A DNA stretch of 64,000 nucleotides from an uncultured bacterium (lineage in GTDB: Bacteria; Krumholzibacteriota; Krumholzibacteriia; LZORAL124-64-63). Each line of letters opens with the position of its first letter. Position 1 is the stretch's first letter. Below, in pieces: positions 19,391 through 30,071 of the stretch. The translations under genes and the position numbers were made by a program. The notes under the pieces are model-generated. The model saw nothing but the letters and a program-made list of their open reading frames with translations. It made no database searches and was not told the DNA's origin. Location of the stretch: positions 96,001 to 160,000 of the forward strand of contig CAVSGO010000005.1 of the NCBI GenBank assembly GCA_963727525.1, written 5' to 3'.

Positions 19391-19591
19391 GCGCCTGCTC
19401 GCGCCTGCAGACCGCGTGGCCCGGTACGACAGGTGCCGGGCCGCGTTCTTTTGTCACGACGGCGTGATTTTCTGCCATTTGAGCCTCACGCTGAATTCTG
19501 TTAGACTGGATGGGCGAAATCCTCGACGGCCGACCCTCCGACATGTCTCGCGCCGCCGTCGCTCCTTCTGTTCCACCCCGGAGGCCACTCC

Positions 19592-22195
19592 ATGCGCTCG
19601 AAGTTGATCCTGTTGCTCGGTCTGCTGGTCGTCGCCCTCACCGCCACGGCGGCCAGCGCGGCGTCCGACCCGTATGCGCTCGTGCGCATCTCGCTCGACA
19701 CGGCCGTGGGCCAGGCATTCCTGCAATCCCACGGTTACCTCGACATCGCCGGCGTGAAACCCGGCGTCAGTGCCGACATCGTTGCGCAGGCGCGCGACCT
19801 GGCCACCATTCGCGAGAGCGGCGTGCCCTTCGAGATCGTCCACGACGATCTGGCGACCTTCTACGCCAGCCGCATCACGACCAAGGACGCCGGAGCCTTC
19901 GGCATCTTTCACAGCTACAGCGAGAACGTGGCCTTCGTGGACAGCCTGCGCCTGCTCCATCCGGAGATCGTGAGCGAGAAATGGTCGCTGGGCCAGACCG
20001 GCCAGGGTCGCGACATCTGGTGCTTCCGCGTGTCCGACAACCCGGACGTGGACGAGAGCGAACCCGAGGTGCTCATCGACGGCATGCACCACGCGCGCGA
20101 GATCATGGCCAGCGAGTTCCCCATCATGTTCGCCGACTACCTCTGCCAGAACTACGGCACCGATCCCGTGATCACCTGGCTGGTGAACAACCGCGAGCTG
20201 TACATCGTGCCCATCATGAACCCCGACGGCGTGGTCTACAACGAGCAGACCGACCCCAACGGCGGCGGCATGTGGCGCAAGAATCGCCGCAACAACAACG
20301 ACGGCAACTACGGCGTCGACCTCAATCGCAACTACCCCTATCGGTGGGCCTACGACGACAATGGCAGCAGCCCCTACACATGGGACGAGACATACCGCGG
20401 TCCTTCCGCCGCCAGCGAACCCGAGGTCCAGGCGCTCATGGGCCTGATCAATGCCCATCAGTTCGTCACCCACAACTCGTTCCACTCGTACTCCGGCCAG
20501 ACGCTGTTCCCCTGGGGCTACACGTCGACACCGTCTGCCGACGACGCAATCTTCCAGCACATGGGCCAGATCATGACCCAGTTCAACGGCTACGAGTATG
20601 GCGCGCCGCCGGTCATCCTCTACTCGACCAACGGCTCCACGACCGACTGGGCCTACGGCGCCACCACGCATCCCAAGATCTACACGTTCAGCAACGAGAT
20701 CGGACGCACGGGCTTCTGGCCGGCCGAGAGCGAGCGCGGCTCGTTGTTCCAGGAGAACATCTGGCCGACGATCTACCTGATGATGGCCGCGGGGCCGTTC
20801 GTCCAGGTGTCCGACGCGGTGGCCACCGACACCGGGGGCGGAACGCTCGACCCCGGCGAGGCCGGTGCGCTCGATCTGAGTGTCACCAACCAGAGCGTGG
20901 CGGCCGATCTGAACGACCTGCTCCTCACCTTCGCCTGCGACGATCCCTACGTGCAGCTCGGCGCGGCCACGCGCACCATCGCATCGCTGCCGGCCATGGG
21001 TACCGTCGGCCTCGGCGCTGATCCGGTGCCCTTCACGGTGAGCGCGAACTGCCCCAGCGGCCATCTCGTGCAGCTCACCGTCACGGCGAGCTGGACGGGC
21101 GGCAGCATCGACTACCCCATCGGCTTCCTGGTAGGCAGCCCCAGCGTCATCTTCTCGGACGACTTCTCAGGCGACACCGGCAACTGGACACTCGCCGGCG
21201 GCCCATGGGGGCTCACATCGACGGCGCACTCCGCCCCGTCGGCCCTCACCGACTCGCCGAGCGGCAACTACGCCGACCAGATCAGCGCCACGGCCACGCT
21301 CAATGGTACGTTCTACGCGTCGACGCTCACGTTCTGGCAGCGCTACTACGTCGAGTCCGGCTACGACTACTGCCGCGTGCAGGTCTCGGCCAATGGCGGA
21401 GCCTGGAACACGCTGGCCAATTACACCGGCAGCAACACGTCGTGGCACCAGGTCTCGTTCGATCTCAGCGCCTTTGCCGGACAGCCGCTACGGTTCCGAT
21501 TCCTGCTGGAATCCGACTACTCGCTCCACTACGACGGCTGGTACATCGATGACGTGGAGCTTCTCGGCGCCGGCGGCAACAACGTGACTCCCGCGCCACC
21601 GGCTCTGCTCGCACCTGCCGACGGCGCATCCGTGAGCGGCCCCGTGACACTGACGGTTGCCAACAGCATCGATCCAGACGGTAGCGACGCACTGACCTAC
21701 GGCTTCCGCGTCTACAGCGACGCCGACCTCACCCAGGTCGCCGCCACGACCGACGGTGTGACCGAAGGCGACGGCGGCCAGACGAGCTGGGACGCCGGCA
21801 ACCTCGGCACCGGCACCTACTGGTGGCGGGCCTACGCGGCTGACGCCAGCGAGTGGGGCCTGCTCGGCGATGTCCGCAGCTTCAGCATCTCCACCTCCAC
21901 GGGCGTGGACGGCGTGGTCATCGGTGGCCCGCGCCTGTCCGTGCTGGGCAACGGCGAGGGATCCGCGCGCCTGCAGCTCTCCCTCACCCAGGCCGGCGCG
22001 GCGCAGGTGAAGATCTACAATGCGCGCGGCATGCTCGTGCGCGACCTGTTCAGCGGCGACCTCGGCGCCGGCGCCCACATTCTGGTGTGGGACGGCCGCG
22101 ATCGGCAGGGCGGCGCAGCCGCCTCGGGCGTGTATTTCGTACGCGCGACGGCGAGCGAACGGACACTCGTGAATCGCGTCGTGATCGTGCGTTAG
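19592..22195 (+). CDS. Secreted M14 zinc carboxypeptidase with accessory beta domains and FlgD-Ig C-terminal domain
   Basis: HHARE, WRKNR, GVDLNRN, FHSYS motifs; C-terminal [17 protein letters not shown]. Confidence 0.92.
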   Translation: MRSKLILLLGLLVVALTATAASAASDPYALVRISLDTAVGQAFLQSHGYLDIAGVKPGVSADIVAQARDLATIRESGVPFEIVHDDLATFYASRITTKDAGAFGIFHSYSENVAFVDSLRLLHPEIVSEKWSLGQTGQGRDIWCFRVSDNPDVDESEPEVLIDGMHHAREIMASEFPIMFADYLCQNYGTDPVITWLVNNRELYIVPIMNPDGVVYNEQTDPNGGGMWRKNRRNNNDGNYGVDLNRNYPYRWAYDDNGSSPYTWDETYRGPSAASEPEVQALMGLINAHQFVTHNSFHSYSGQTLFPWGYTSTPSADDAIFQHMGQIMTQFNGYEYGAPPVILYSTNGSTTDWAYGATTHPKIYTFSNEIGRTGFWPAESERGSLFQENIWPTIYLMMAAGPFVQVSDAVATDTGGGTLDPGEAGALDLSVTNQSVAADLNDLLLTFACDDPYVQLGAATRTIASLPAMGTVGLGADPVPFTVSANCPSGHLVQLTVTASWTGGSIDYPIGFLVGSPSVIFSDDFSGDTGNWTLAGGPWGLTSTAHSAPSALTDSPSGNYADQISATATLNGTFYASTLTFWQRYYVESGYDYCRVQVSANGGAWNTLANYTGSNTSWHQVSFDLSAFAGQPLRFRFLLESDYSLHYDGWYIDDVELLGAGGNNVTPAPPALLAPADGASVSGPVTLTVANSIDPDGSDALTYGFRVYSDADLTQVAATTDGVTEGDGGQTSWDAGNLGTGTYWWRAYAADASEWGLLGDVRSFSISTSTGVDGVVIGGPRLSVLGNGEGSARLQLSLTQAGAAQVKIYNARGMLVRDLFSGDLGAGAHILVWDGRDRQGGAAASGVYFVRATASERTLVNRVVIVR

Positions 22196-22207
22196 TCCAG
22201 GCAGAGC

Positions 22208-22244
22208 AAGGCGCCCCGCTGCCTGCGCAGCGGGGCGCCTTTTT
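22208..22244 (+). terminator. Rho-independent terminator
   Basis: AAGGCGCCCCGCTGC-CTGC-GCAGCGGGGCGCCTT followed by TTTT. Confidence 0.85.
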
Positions 22245-22261
22245 CTCGCCGGCGACGCGAC

Positions 22262-23266
22262 CTACATGCCCCGCCAGTCGGCCGGGGGAGCCGGGCGATT
22301 GCCGGCGATCGTCTCGATCCTCTCCATCACGTCGTCCGTGAGCTGCGGGACCACCGCCAGCGCCGCCATGTTCTCCACCACCTGCTCCGGCCGCGAGGCG
22401 CCCGTGATCACGGTGGACACGTGCGGGTTCTTCAGGCACCACGCCAGAGCGAGCTGCGCGCGCGTGCAGCCCAGGTCCCTGGCCACCGCGCCCAGCGCAC
22501 GCGAGACATCGAGCTTCCGGGCTCCTTGCTCGCCCTCGATGGTGCGGCGCAGCCACGCGTAACGTTCGTGACCGAAGCGGCTGTCGTCGGGCACGCCGTC
22601 GTCGTACTTGCCGGTGAGGATGCCGCTGGCCAGGGGCGACCAGATGGTGGTGCCCAGGCCGTAGTCGCGGAAGAGATCGCGATACTCGCCATCCACCTTC
22701 TCGCGCTGCAGCAAGTTGTACTGGGGTTGCTCCATCGTCGGCGGCACGAGGTGCTCGCGCTCGGCGATGAGGTAGGCGGCGCGGATGGACTCGGCCGACC
22801 ATTCGCTGGTGCCCCAGTAGAAGGCCATGCCGCTGGTGACGACGTCGCTCATCGCCCGCACCGTCTCTTCCAGCGGCGTGTGCAGATCGGGACGGTGGCA
22901 GAAGACGAGGTCGACATAATCGACGTCGAGGCGATCGAGCGCGCCGTACATGCCCTCCATGATGTGCTTGCGCGAGAGTCCCCGATCGTTGGGACCGCTG
23001 CCGCCCCAGAAGATCTTCGTGGAGATCACCAGGTCGCTGCGGGTCCACGCAGCCCGCTTGATGACCTTGCCCATGATGCGTTCCGCCTCGCCCTGCGCGT
23101 AGGCCTCGGCATTGTCGAAGAAGTTCACGCCCGCATCATAAGCGGCCTTCATGCAGGCATAGGCCTCTTCTTCGCCGTACTGGTCGCCGAAGGTGACCCA
23201 CGCGCCGAAGCTCAGCGCCGACACCCGCAATCCACTGCGTCCAAGACGCCGGTACTCCATGTCCAT
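22262..23266 (-). CDS. Aldo/keto reductase (Kv-beta-like subfamily)
   Basis: [44 protein letters not shown]. Confidence 0.92.
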   Translation of the reverse strand: MDMEYRRLGRSGLRVSALSFGAWVTFGDQYGEEEAYACMKAAYDAGVNFFDNAEAYAQGEAERIMGKVIKRAAWTRSDLVISTKIFWGGSGPNDRGLSRKHIMEGMYGALDRLDVDYVDLVFCHRPDLHTPLEETVRAMSDVVTSGMAFYWGTSEWSAESIRAAYLIAEREHLVPPTMEQPQYNLLQREKVDGEYRDLFRDYGLGTTIWSPLASGILTGKYDDGVPDDSRFGHERYAWLRRTIEGEQGARKLDVSRALGAVARDLGCTRAQLALAWCLKNPHVSTVITGASRPEQVVENMAALAVVPQLTDDVMERIETIAGNRPAPPADWRGM

Positions 23267-23296
23267 GTCTTGTCCTTTCGCTCGTCATCGCCGTCG

Positions 23297-24136
23297 TCAA
23301 TGCGTCAAGACTCCCTGGCGCGCCGTCACCCCGATGACATTGGGTACGGGCGGACTTTCGATGCCGGTGGGGAACCGGGTCCGGTAACCCGGCGCCGCCA
23401 CCTGCAACTGTGCGGGGAGATTGCCATCCAGGTGCTGCGCACACACCACCCCCACGGGCAGGGCCAGCAACACGGTGTTGAAATCATGCATCGATAGCGG
23501 CGTGGCGCAGAGGATGAGCAACGCGTTGCCCTGCGTGTCCTCGCCGAGCGCCGCTTCCATCCAGCGTCGATCCTGCGGTTGCCAGCGATTGAGGCGCGAC
23601 CGCTTGATGAGGCGAAGATTCTGCACGACGCAGTCGTAGCGCGCGCGGATCTCGTCCAGAGGCGTCTCGTCGAGATCGAAGAGACGGAACGGGGGATCGC
23701 CGTCATCGTACGGCGAGAAAGCCGCGGCCGAGAGGTAGCCGTTTGGCGTCGCCTGCCGCACCTCGCCGCCGAGCTTCAGGAACCCCACGTGGGTGGAACC
23801 GTCGGCCTGGTACATGCCGGCATTGATCGCCGCCACCAGATCGAGATCCTCGCACCACTGCGACACCGACCGCGGCTTGCCGCCGTGATCGCGCGCCGCG
23901 AGATAGCGCAGCTCGTAGCGCCGCGGATCCACGCGCAGCACGACGAGATCGCCGCCGGCGTCGGCACGCCGTGTGGCGACGGCGAAACGGCCGAGATCGA
24001 GTCCCGGCGCCAGCTCCCGCCAGGTGTCGCCCCGGGCCGCGAACGCTGCCGCCATGGCGACAACAGCCGCCACCAGCGCTCGTAACCGACGCGCGGCGAG
24101 ACGACGACGGGGATCAAAGGCCGCGGTGCGTGCCAT
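23297..24136 (-). CDS. Phosphodiester glycosidase-like (DUF2233/NAGPA) exported protein
   Basis: VVLRVDP, AINAGMY, AQHLDG, PVPNVIGV motifs; start uncertain. Confidence 0.65.
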   Translation of the reverse strand: MARTAAFDPRRRLAARRLRALVAAVVAMAAAFAARGDTWRELAPGLDLGRFAVATRRADAGGDLVVLRVDPRRYELRYLAARDHGGKPRSVSQWCEDLDLVAAINAGMYQADGSTHVGFLKLGGEVRQATPNGYLSAAAFSPYDDGDPPFRLFDLDETPLDEIRARYDCVVQNLRLIKRSRLNRWQPQDRRWMEAALGEDTQGNALLILCATPLSMHDFNTVLLALPVGVVCAQHLDGNLPAQLQVAAPGYRTRFPTGIESPPVPNVIGVTARQGVLTH

Positions 24137-24323
24137 CGCAATACGGCGGCGTGCTCGTACGCTTGCACTGGCAGAGCGATGCACGCGAGGGCTCGATCAC
24201 CTCGAGGTCGACCACGGCGGGTTTCTTGTCGGCTAGTCGCGGTTCGCTCACGTGTTCCTCGCTTCATGGGACGGGTTCGAGTTGATGATACCCGATTTCT
24301 GGTCGTCCGCACCTCCAACCCCA

Positions 24324-25223
24324 CTACGCCGGGTGCCAGCCCCAGCCTGGATACCAGCGATTGGCGATCATGAAGAACAGGATCGAATCGAACATCAGAT
24401 GCAGCACCAGGATGTAGAGCAGGCTATGTGTGCGCTTGTAGGTGAAGCCCTGGATGAGGGCGAAAACGCCAATGATCACGGGACCCCAGCCGACGAATGC
24501 CATCTCGTGCAGGAAGCTGGTGAAGAACACCGCCTGCGCCGCGTTGGCCTCGCGGAAACCGATCCGCCGATGCAGCAGGACGAAGACCACGTTGATGAAA
24601 CACAGCTCGTCCCAGGCGCCGACGAGGTTGCATCCCCAGAACAGGCGTCCCATCTCCTCGGTGCGCGAAGGATCGCCGATCGGCGGCAACGGCCAGCTTC
24701 GGTGCAGGGTGGGAGTGAGCACGTGGAAATACAGCCAGAGCCCGCCGAAGGCCATACCGACGGCCGCGACCAGCCACATGACCATGCGCGGCGTCCAGCG
24801 TCCGTTCGACCAGCGGTAGGGCAACGGTTCGCGCAGCCACCAGCGGGCGAGCACCGTGGGCACGAGCAGCAGGCCGAGCCCCAGCTTCGCCGCGAGCTCG
24901 AGGACGTGCGCGTTCGAGGTGTCGCCGTCGATCCGCGTGGCGAAGAGCGTGACGACGACGTATGCCAGGATGACCGCCGTGCGCCACCAGTTGCGATCGG
25001 CATCGCGGTGCGCGAGGACCAGCCCGGCCACGAGAGCGAGCGCCGCCGGCAGCGCCCACGGCACGCCCGGCGCCGGCACCGACTTCAGACCGATGGCCAG
25101 GAGCATGGCCGCAGCAAGCAGCCAGAGCGAGATATGACGCAGAGGCGGCACCGATCCGTGGTGCTCGTCCGCCGGGTCTTGACCGCGCGGAGCCCCGGCG
25201 AACGCAGCGGCCAGCCTACTCAT
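24324..25223 (-). CDS. CPBP (Abi/CAAX-II) family intramembrane protease-like protein
   Basis: Multi-TM; WDELCF, FFTSFLHE, YKRTHSL...LHLMFD motifs. Confidence 0.75.
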   Translation of the reverse strand: MSRLAAAFAGAPRGQDPADEHHGSVPPLRHISLWLLAAAMLLAIGLKSVPAPGVPWALPAALALVAGLVLAHRDADRNWWRTAVILAYVVVTLFATRIDGDTSNAHVLELAAKLGLGLLLVPTVLARWWLREPLPYRWSNGRWTPRMVMWLVAAVGMAFGGLWLYFHVLTPTLHRSWPLPPIGDPSRTEEMGRLFWGCNLVGAWDELCFINVVFVLLHRRIGFREANAAQAVFFTSFLHEMAFVGWGPVIIGVFALIQGFTYKRTHSLLYILVLHLMFDSILFFMIANRWYPGWGWHPA

Positions 25224-27180
25224 CCGCCCCTTCTCCCAGGACGAACTCGTTGAACCAACCCAGCACCTGCTCGAGGTAGAAAACCTGATTCGTTCGAACG
25301 CGCAGACCGTGTCCCTCACCCGTGAAACGCAGCAGGCGCGACGGGACGCCGAGAGACTGCAGGGCGCTGAACCAGGTCTCACTGCCGCTCAACGGGCAAC
25401 GATAGTCGTCCGCGCCGCCGGAGATGAGCGTCGGCGTCGTCACCCGCTCCACGTTCGCAAACGGCGAGTTGGCGTGATACGCGACGCGGGCCTGCGGATC
25501 GAATGGTCGCCCCCCGAATTCCCACTCCGGAAACCACTTCTCGTCGGTCGTGCCCCAGAAGCCTGTCAGCTCCGGATACATGCGGTCGCAGGCCGCCGCC
25601 TTGAAGCGGTCGGTCATGGTGGTGAGCACCGCAGCGAGATAGCCGCCATAGCTGCCACCCATCACGGCGAGCGCCTGCGGGTCGGCCCAACCCTGCGCCA
25701 CCGCCCAGTCGACACAGGCGAGCAGCTCGTGCGCCGGCCGACCATTCCAGTCGCCGCGCACGCCGTCCTGGAACACGCGGCCGTAGCCCGTGCTGCCGGT
25801 GGGGTTGGCCGCGATCACGGCGTAGCCGAAGGTCGCCAGCACCTGGAATTCGGGGAGGAAATAGCCTCCGTACATCCACTCCGGTCCGCCATGGATACTC
25901 AGCACCGTGGGAACGCGCGTGCCGGGCGCGCGATCGGGCGGCAGAAAGACCCAGCCGTGGATCTCACGATCGTCCACGGTGATGACGAAATCCCGCGGTT
26001 CCACGAGGCCGGCACGCTCCGCCCAGCGCGCGTTGGGATCGATCAGGGTCTTCAAATCGCCGGAGTCGAGGTCGAGGACCTGGAGTGCTCCGGGCTGCAT
26101 CATCGTTCCGCCCCGCAGAACGGCGCGCCGGCCTCCGTAGCAAACGTCCCAGAAGTCGTAGCCGCCGTGCGTGAGCGCCTCGCCGCCGGTGGCAGTGGCA
26201 CGGAAGATGTCGATGCACCCCCGACGAAAGCCACGGTAGTAGAAGGCTCCATCGTGGTAGGTGAACCCCCACATCACGTCCGCGTTGTCGCGGACGAGGC
26301 GGGCGACCTCGGCCCCGCTGTCAGGGTCGAGGACCACGATGTGCCCCGGCTCGCTCTCGTGCAGGGGATCGGCGTGGCTCTGACAGGCGATCCGTCCGTC
26401 CGCAATCCACGCCGGATGCTCATCAGGGCCGGGATTCGTGGTGAGCGCGCGCGGCGCACCCCCGGCGCTGTCGACCACGAAGAGGTCGGTGTTGAGATCG
26501 CGTCCGAGATCCTCGCGACGCTTGGCGCTGAACACGAGCCGAGACGCGTCTGGCGACCAGGCCACCTCACGCACATCCAGAGCGGTCGTGGGAATGGTCG
26601 TGTCCTCGCCCGTGGCCACGTCGATCACGTGCAGTTGTTTCAGCGTTCCCTCGCGATAGCCGACGTCGAGGTGGCGATAGCCCAGATCATCTGCCACGAT
26701 GATCGCATCGGGCACGCCGGCGTAGCGTCCCACCGTGTTCGGGACCACATGCGCGAGCGCGTGACCATCGGGAGCCCAGACGAACGGGCCGTATTGCCCG
26801 GCCGGCGCGAGCAGCCGTCGCTCGCCGCCGGCGGCGTCCATCAGCCAGACCTCGCGTGTGGCCCCCGCCGCCGGTCGCGTGTAGACAACCACGTTCCCAT
26901 CCGGACTCCAGACGAATCCGGTCGCGGCGTCGTCGGGCGTGAAGAGAACGGTGTCCTTGCCCGTATCGAGGTCGCGCAAGATCACGGTGGTGTTCGCCCG
27001 GTCGCTCACCTGATCGAAGCTGCTCCGGGTGTAGATGAGCCGACGACCGTCGGGAGACAGCGCGCCGATCCCCACCTTCTGCAAGTTGTAGAGGTCCCGC
27101 GGCTGCAGGGCCCGAGCGGGTCCTGCCCAGATGACCGCTGCGGCAACGACCAAACCCGCGTTCAACAAGAAACGGCGCAT
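25216..27180 (-). CDS. S9 family (acylaminoacyl/prolyl oligo-) peptidase, secreted
   Basis: WSPDG propeller repeats; IHGGP; GGSYGG nucleophile; DYRC; EGHG. Confidence 0.93.
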   Translation of the reverse strand: MRRFLLNAGLVVAAAVIWAGPARALQPRDLYNLQKVGIGALSPDGRRLIYTRSSFDQVSDRANTTVILRDLDTGKDTVLFTPDDAATGFVWSPDGNVVVYTRPAAGATREVWLMDAAGGERRLLAPAGQYGPFVWAPDGHALAHVVPNTVGRYAGVPDAIIVADDLGYRHLDVGYREGTLKQLHVIDVATGEDTTIPTTALDVREVAWSPDASRLVFSAKRREDLGRDLNTDLFVVDSAGGAPRALTTNPGPDEHPAWIADGRIACQSHADPLHESEPGHIVVLDPDSGAEVARLVRDNADVMWGFTYHDGAFYYRGFRRGCIDIFRATATGGEALTHGGYDFWDVCYGGRRAVLRGGTMMQPGALQVLDLDSGDLKTLIDPNARWAERAGLVEPRDFVITVDDREIHGWVFLPPDRAPGTRVPTVLSIHGGPEWMYGGYFLPEFQVLATFGYAVIAANPTGSTGYGRVFQDGVRGDWNGRPAHELLACVDWAVAQGWADPQALAVMGGSYGGYLAAVLTTMTDRFKAAACDRMYPELTGFWGTTDEKWFPEWEFGGRPFDPQARVAYHANSPFANVERVTTPTLISGGADDYRCPLSGSETWFSALQSLGVPSRLLRFTGEGHGLRVRTNQVFYLEQVLGWFNEFVLGEGADE

Positions 27181-27276
27181 GGGACGACAGCTCCTTCGCA
27201 AACGCATTGCATCCATGGTACGCGCGCATCGCCGTCCGGGGCAAGGCCGGGCCCGCGGCGATCGGCGCAAACGTTG

Positions 27277-28504
27277 GGTTGTACCTGCGAAATTGTGCAT
27301 GGCCCGGTGCTTGCCTGACCCGAGGCCATGTGCTCACCGACTTCGCCCTCAGCTCAACCCTGGTCCCCGCCTCACTGCCCCAACCCCAACTGCCACCACC
27401 ACCACCACATGCACGGCCCCTGGCCCTTCCTCAGGCGCGGGTACTTCCGACGACTCAACCCGCCCCACCTCGTCCCCCGCTTCCAGTGCCGACACTGCGG
27501 CCGATCCTTCTCCAAGCAGACCTTCTCCACCACCTACTGGCTCAAGAAGCCGCTTCTGCTGCCCCTGATCCTCGATCTCTCCGTCAACGCCATGGCCAAC
27601 CGCCAGGCGGCCCGGACGCTCAAATGTGCTCCCGCGACCGCCGATCTCCAGCTCGCCCGCCTCGGCCGCCACTGCCTGCTCTTTCAGCGACACATGCTCA
27701 CCGGAGCGTCTCCCCCCGCTGACATCGCCATCGATGGCTTCGTCACCTTCGAGTACAGCCAGGACTACCCGTTCGAGTTCCTGGTCGCCGTCAACCGGGA
27801 CAACAGCTTCGTCGAGCACTTCACCGAGGCGCCGCAGCGGCGAAGCGGCCGGATGAGCGAGGCCCAGAAGATGCGTCGAGCGGCGCTCGAAGCCGCGTTC
27901 GGGACGCCTGACCCGAAAGCTGTCGAGCAAGGGATGCGCGAGGTGCTCGAGGTCACCCTGGCGGGGGCCACCGTGGCGACGGTGCATAGCGACGAGCATC
28001 AGGCCTATCCGCGGGCGATGCGGGGACTGGCCGTTGAAATCGACCACCAGACGATCAGTTCGCGGGCGAAGCGGGATGCTCGCAATCCGCTGTTCGAGAT
28101 CAACGCGCTGGATGCATTCATCCGGCACAGTCGGGCGGATCATCGGCGGGAGACGATCGCGTTCGCACGGCGCCGTCAGGCCGCGGCGGAGCGATTCGCG
28201 GTGTTCGTGGTGTGGAAGAACTTCGTGAAGAAGCGCTGGGAGAAGCGGTGCTTGTCGACGCCGGCGATGTTGCGGGGGCTGGTGGCGCGGCGGTTGACGG
28301 TGGCAGACATCCTGGAGACGCGGTTGTTTCCGGGGCGGATCGGGTTGCCTGAGAGGTGGCGGGAGTACTACTGGGGTCTGGTGGAGACGCCGGTGGTGGG
28401 GGTGAATCGGCGGCACGAGCTGAAGTACGCGTTCTAGAAGCGGATGCCGCGGTCGGTGAATTCCGACCGTGGAACCAGCCATGCACAATTTCGCAGGTAC
28501 AACC
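27277..28504 (+). mobile_element. Insertion sequence, IS1/IS1595-like, 1228 bp
   Basis: Perfect 27-bp terminal inverted repeats GGTTGTACCTGCGAAATTGTGCATGGC (27277-27303 and 28478-28504); flanks CAAACGTTG / GAAGCGTTG match at 7 of 9; one transposase ORF inside. Confidence 0.9.
27328..28437 (+). CDS. Transposase (Zn ribbon, HTH, DDE-like core)
   Basis: CPNPNC...FQCRHCGRSF; IAIDGF; VHSDEHQAY; enclosed by the inverted repeats. Confidence 0.85.
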   Translation: MCSPTSPSAQPWSPPHCPNPNCHHHHHMHGPWPFLRRGYFRRLNPPHLVPRFQCRHCGRSFSKQTFSTTYWLKKPLLLPLILDLSVNAMANRQAARTLKCAPATADLQLARLGRHCLLFQRHMLTGASPPADIAIDGFVTFEYSQDYPFEFLVAVNRDNSFVEHFTEAPQRRSGRMSEAQKMRRAALEAAFGTPDPKAVEQGMREVLEVTLAGATVATVHSDEHQAYPRAMRGLAVEIDHQTISSRAKRDARNPLFEINALDAFIRHSRADHRRETIAFARRRQAAAERFAVFVVWKNFVKKRWEKRCLSTPAMLRGLVARRLTVADILETRLFPGRIGLPERWREYYWGLVETPVVGVNRRHELKYAF

Positions 28505-28562
28505 GAAGCGTTGCTTTGACCTGCGTGTAGCGGCAGGCTACCCTCGACGCGAGGTGAATCCC

Positions 28563-30071
28563 ATGCGATCACGCGCGCTTCCATACTTCGTCCTGCTAGT
28601 GGGGATGGCCGCCGGCTGCGCCCACCGCGGCGAACTGGTCGGTCCAGTCACCCCGCCCGGCGAGGGGTGGCCCGGCCCCGGCATCTGCGACCTCATGCCC
28701 GGCGAGGCGGCTCCCACCGATACACTCACCGTCGCCCTGGGCGATACCGTGCGGCCCGACGACGCGCCCGTCCCGCTGAACCAGGCCGAGCGCATCGTCT
28801 TCGCGAATCTCTACGAGACGCTCACGCGGGTCGACTGTGCAGGACGCCTCGTGCCGGGCCTCGCCGAACGCTGGGAACGCCAGGCTGACGGTGCGCGCTG
28901 GGTCTTCATCCTGCGCGAGGACGCGCACTTCTGGGACGGCACGCCGGTCACCGCCAGCGCGGTCATCACCGCCTGGCGGCACAACCAGGAGCTGTCGCGC
29001 CATGCCGGGCGGCTGGGCCCCGGCCTGTGGGTGGACGCGAACGTGCACAGTGTGCTGGCTACCGACGCCCGCCATGTCGTCATCCTGCTGCCGGAACCTC
29101 AGGACGATATCCCGCGCCTGCTCGCGCATCCGGCCCTCGCCGTTGCCGCGACGCGGCGCGGCTGGACCTGGCCCGTTGGCACCGGACCGTGCCGCCTGAG
29201 CGCCGAGAGCGGTGCGCCCGCGCCGGATCTCGTGTGCCGGCCCCACGTGGAACACCCGGACCGGCCCGTCTGGCGGCGGCTCGTCTTCCACATCGTGCCC
29301 GGCGCCGATGCGCGCGACCTGATGCCGCGCGGTGTCGACGTCGCCGTGATCCGCGACCGCGGCGCCGCCGCCTACTACCGCGACGTGCCCGGCGTCGCGA
29401 GCGCTCCCTTGCCGTGGGATCGCCTGCTCGTGCTGCTCACTCCACCGCGAATGGACACCGTGGCGACGCCCGCCCATCCCACCCTCGAGGCGATGAGCGA
29501 AGCCACCGCAGCCGAGGCCCGCCCCTGGGAGCGCCTGCTGTTCCATACTTGCGAGTCGGGTCCATGTCCCCAGCTCGCGGGCCCCATCGATCCGGGTGAC
29601 GGGCGTGCCACGGCACTCTGGGATCCGCTCTACGGCGCGGCCGCCGCGCATGAGATCATGTACGCGGAGGGCGACGTCGACGCGCGGGCGATCGCCGAGC
29701 GCGTCACCGCGTTCGCCGGCGCTGATCGGCGGCCCCGTGCGGTGCCCCCGACCGACCTCGCGGCCGCCATCGCGAGTGGCACCGCCTCCGGTTACGTGGT
29801 CACCTTGCGCGCGACATTCCCCACGGCCTGCCTCACGCTCAGCTCTCTCCTCGGCCGAGCCGCCTGGTTGCAGGCCGCCGTGGCCGGCGAGCGCGCCGAC
29901 GATCCCTGCGTGGTGGCCGAGCGTATGGTGGCCAGCGGCGTCGCCGAACCCCTCGTGCAGACGCGGGCGCGCCTGGTCTGGCGGGGCCACCTCGCCGGCT
30001 TGCGCCTGGGCCACGACGGGACGCCCTGGCTGGCCACGCTCGGACGCGCCCGCCCCGGCAGCCTGCCATGA
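28563..30071 (+). CDS. Family-5 solute-binding-like lipoprotein (no transporter adjacent)
   Basis: Lipobox MAAGC; LYETLTRVD...PGLAERW...FILREDAHFWDGTPVTA; GTGP. Confidence 0.8.
   Translation: MRSRALPYFVLLVGMAAGCAHRGELVGPVTPPGEGWPGPGICDLMPGEAAPTDTLTVALGDTVRPDDAPVPLNQAERIVFANLYETLTRVDCAGRLVPGLAERWERQADGARWVFILREDAHFWDGTPVTASAVITAWRHNQELSRHAGRLGPGLWVDANVHSVLATDARHVVILLPEPQDDIPRLLAHPALAVAATRRGWTWPVGTGPCRLSAESGAPAPDLVCRPHVEHPDRPVWRRLVFHIVPGADARDLMPRGVDVAVIRDRGAAAYYRDVPGVASAPLPWDRLLVLLTPPRMDTVATPAHPTLEAMSEATAAEARPWERLLFHTCESGPCPQLAGPIDPGDGRATALWDPLYGAAAAHEIMYAEGDVDARAIAERVTAFAGADRRPRAVPPTDLAAAIASGTASGYVVTLRATFPTACLTLSSLLGRAAWLQAAVAGERADDPCVVAERMVASGVAEPLVQTRARLVWRGHLAGLRLGHDGTPWLATLGRARPGSLP

Noticed and set aside
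27349-28584. 411-aa ORF antisense to the transposase
   Set aside because: It starts outside the IS end and mirrors the transposase codons; no motifs.
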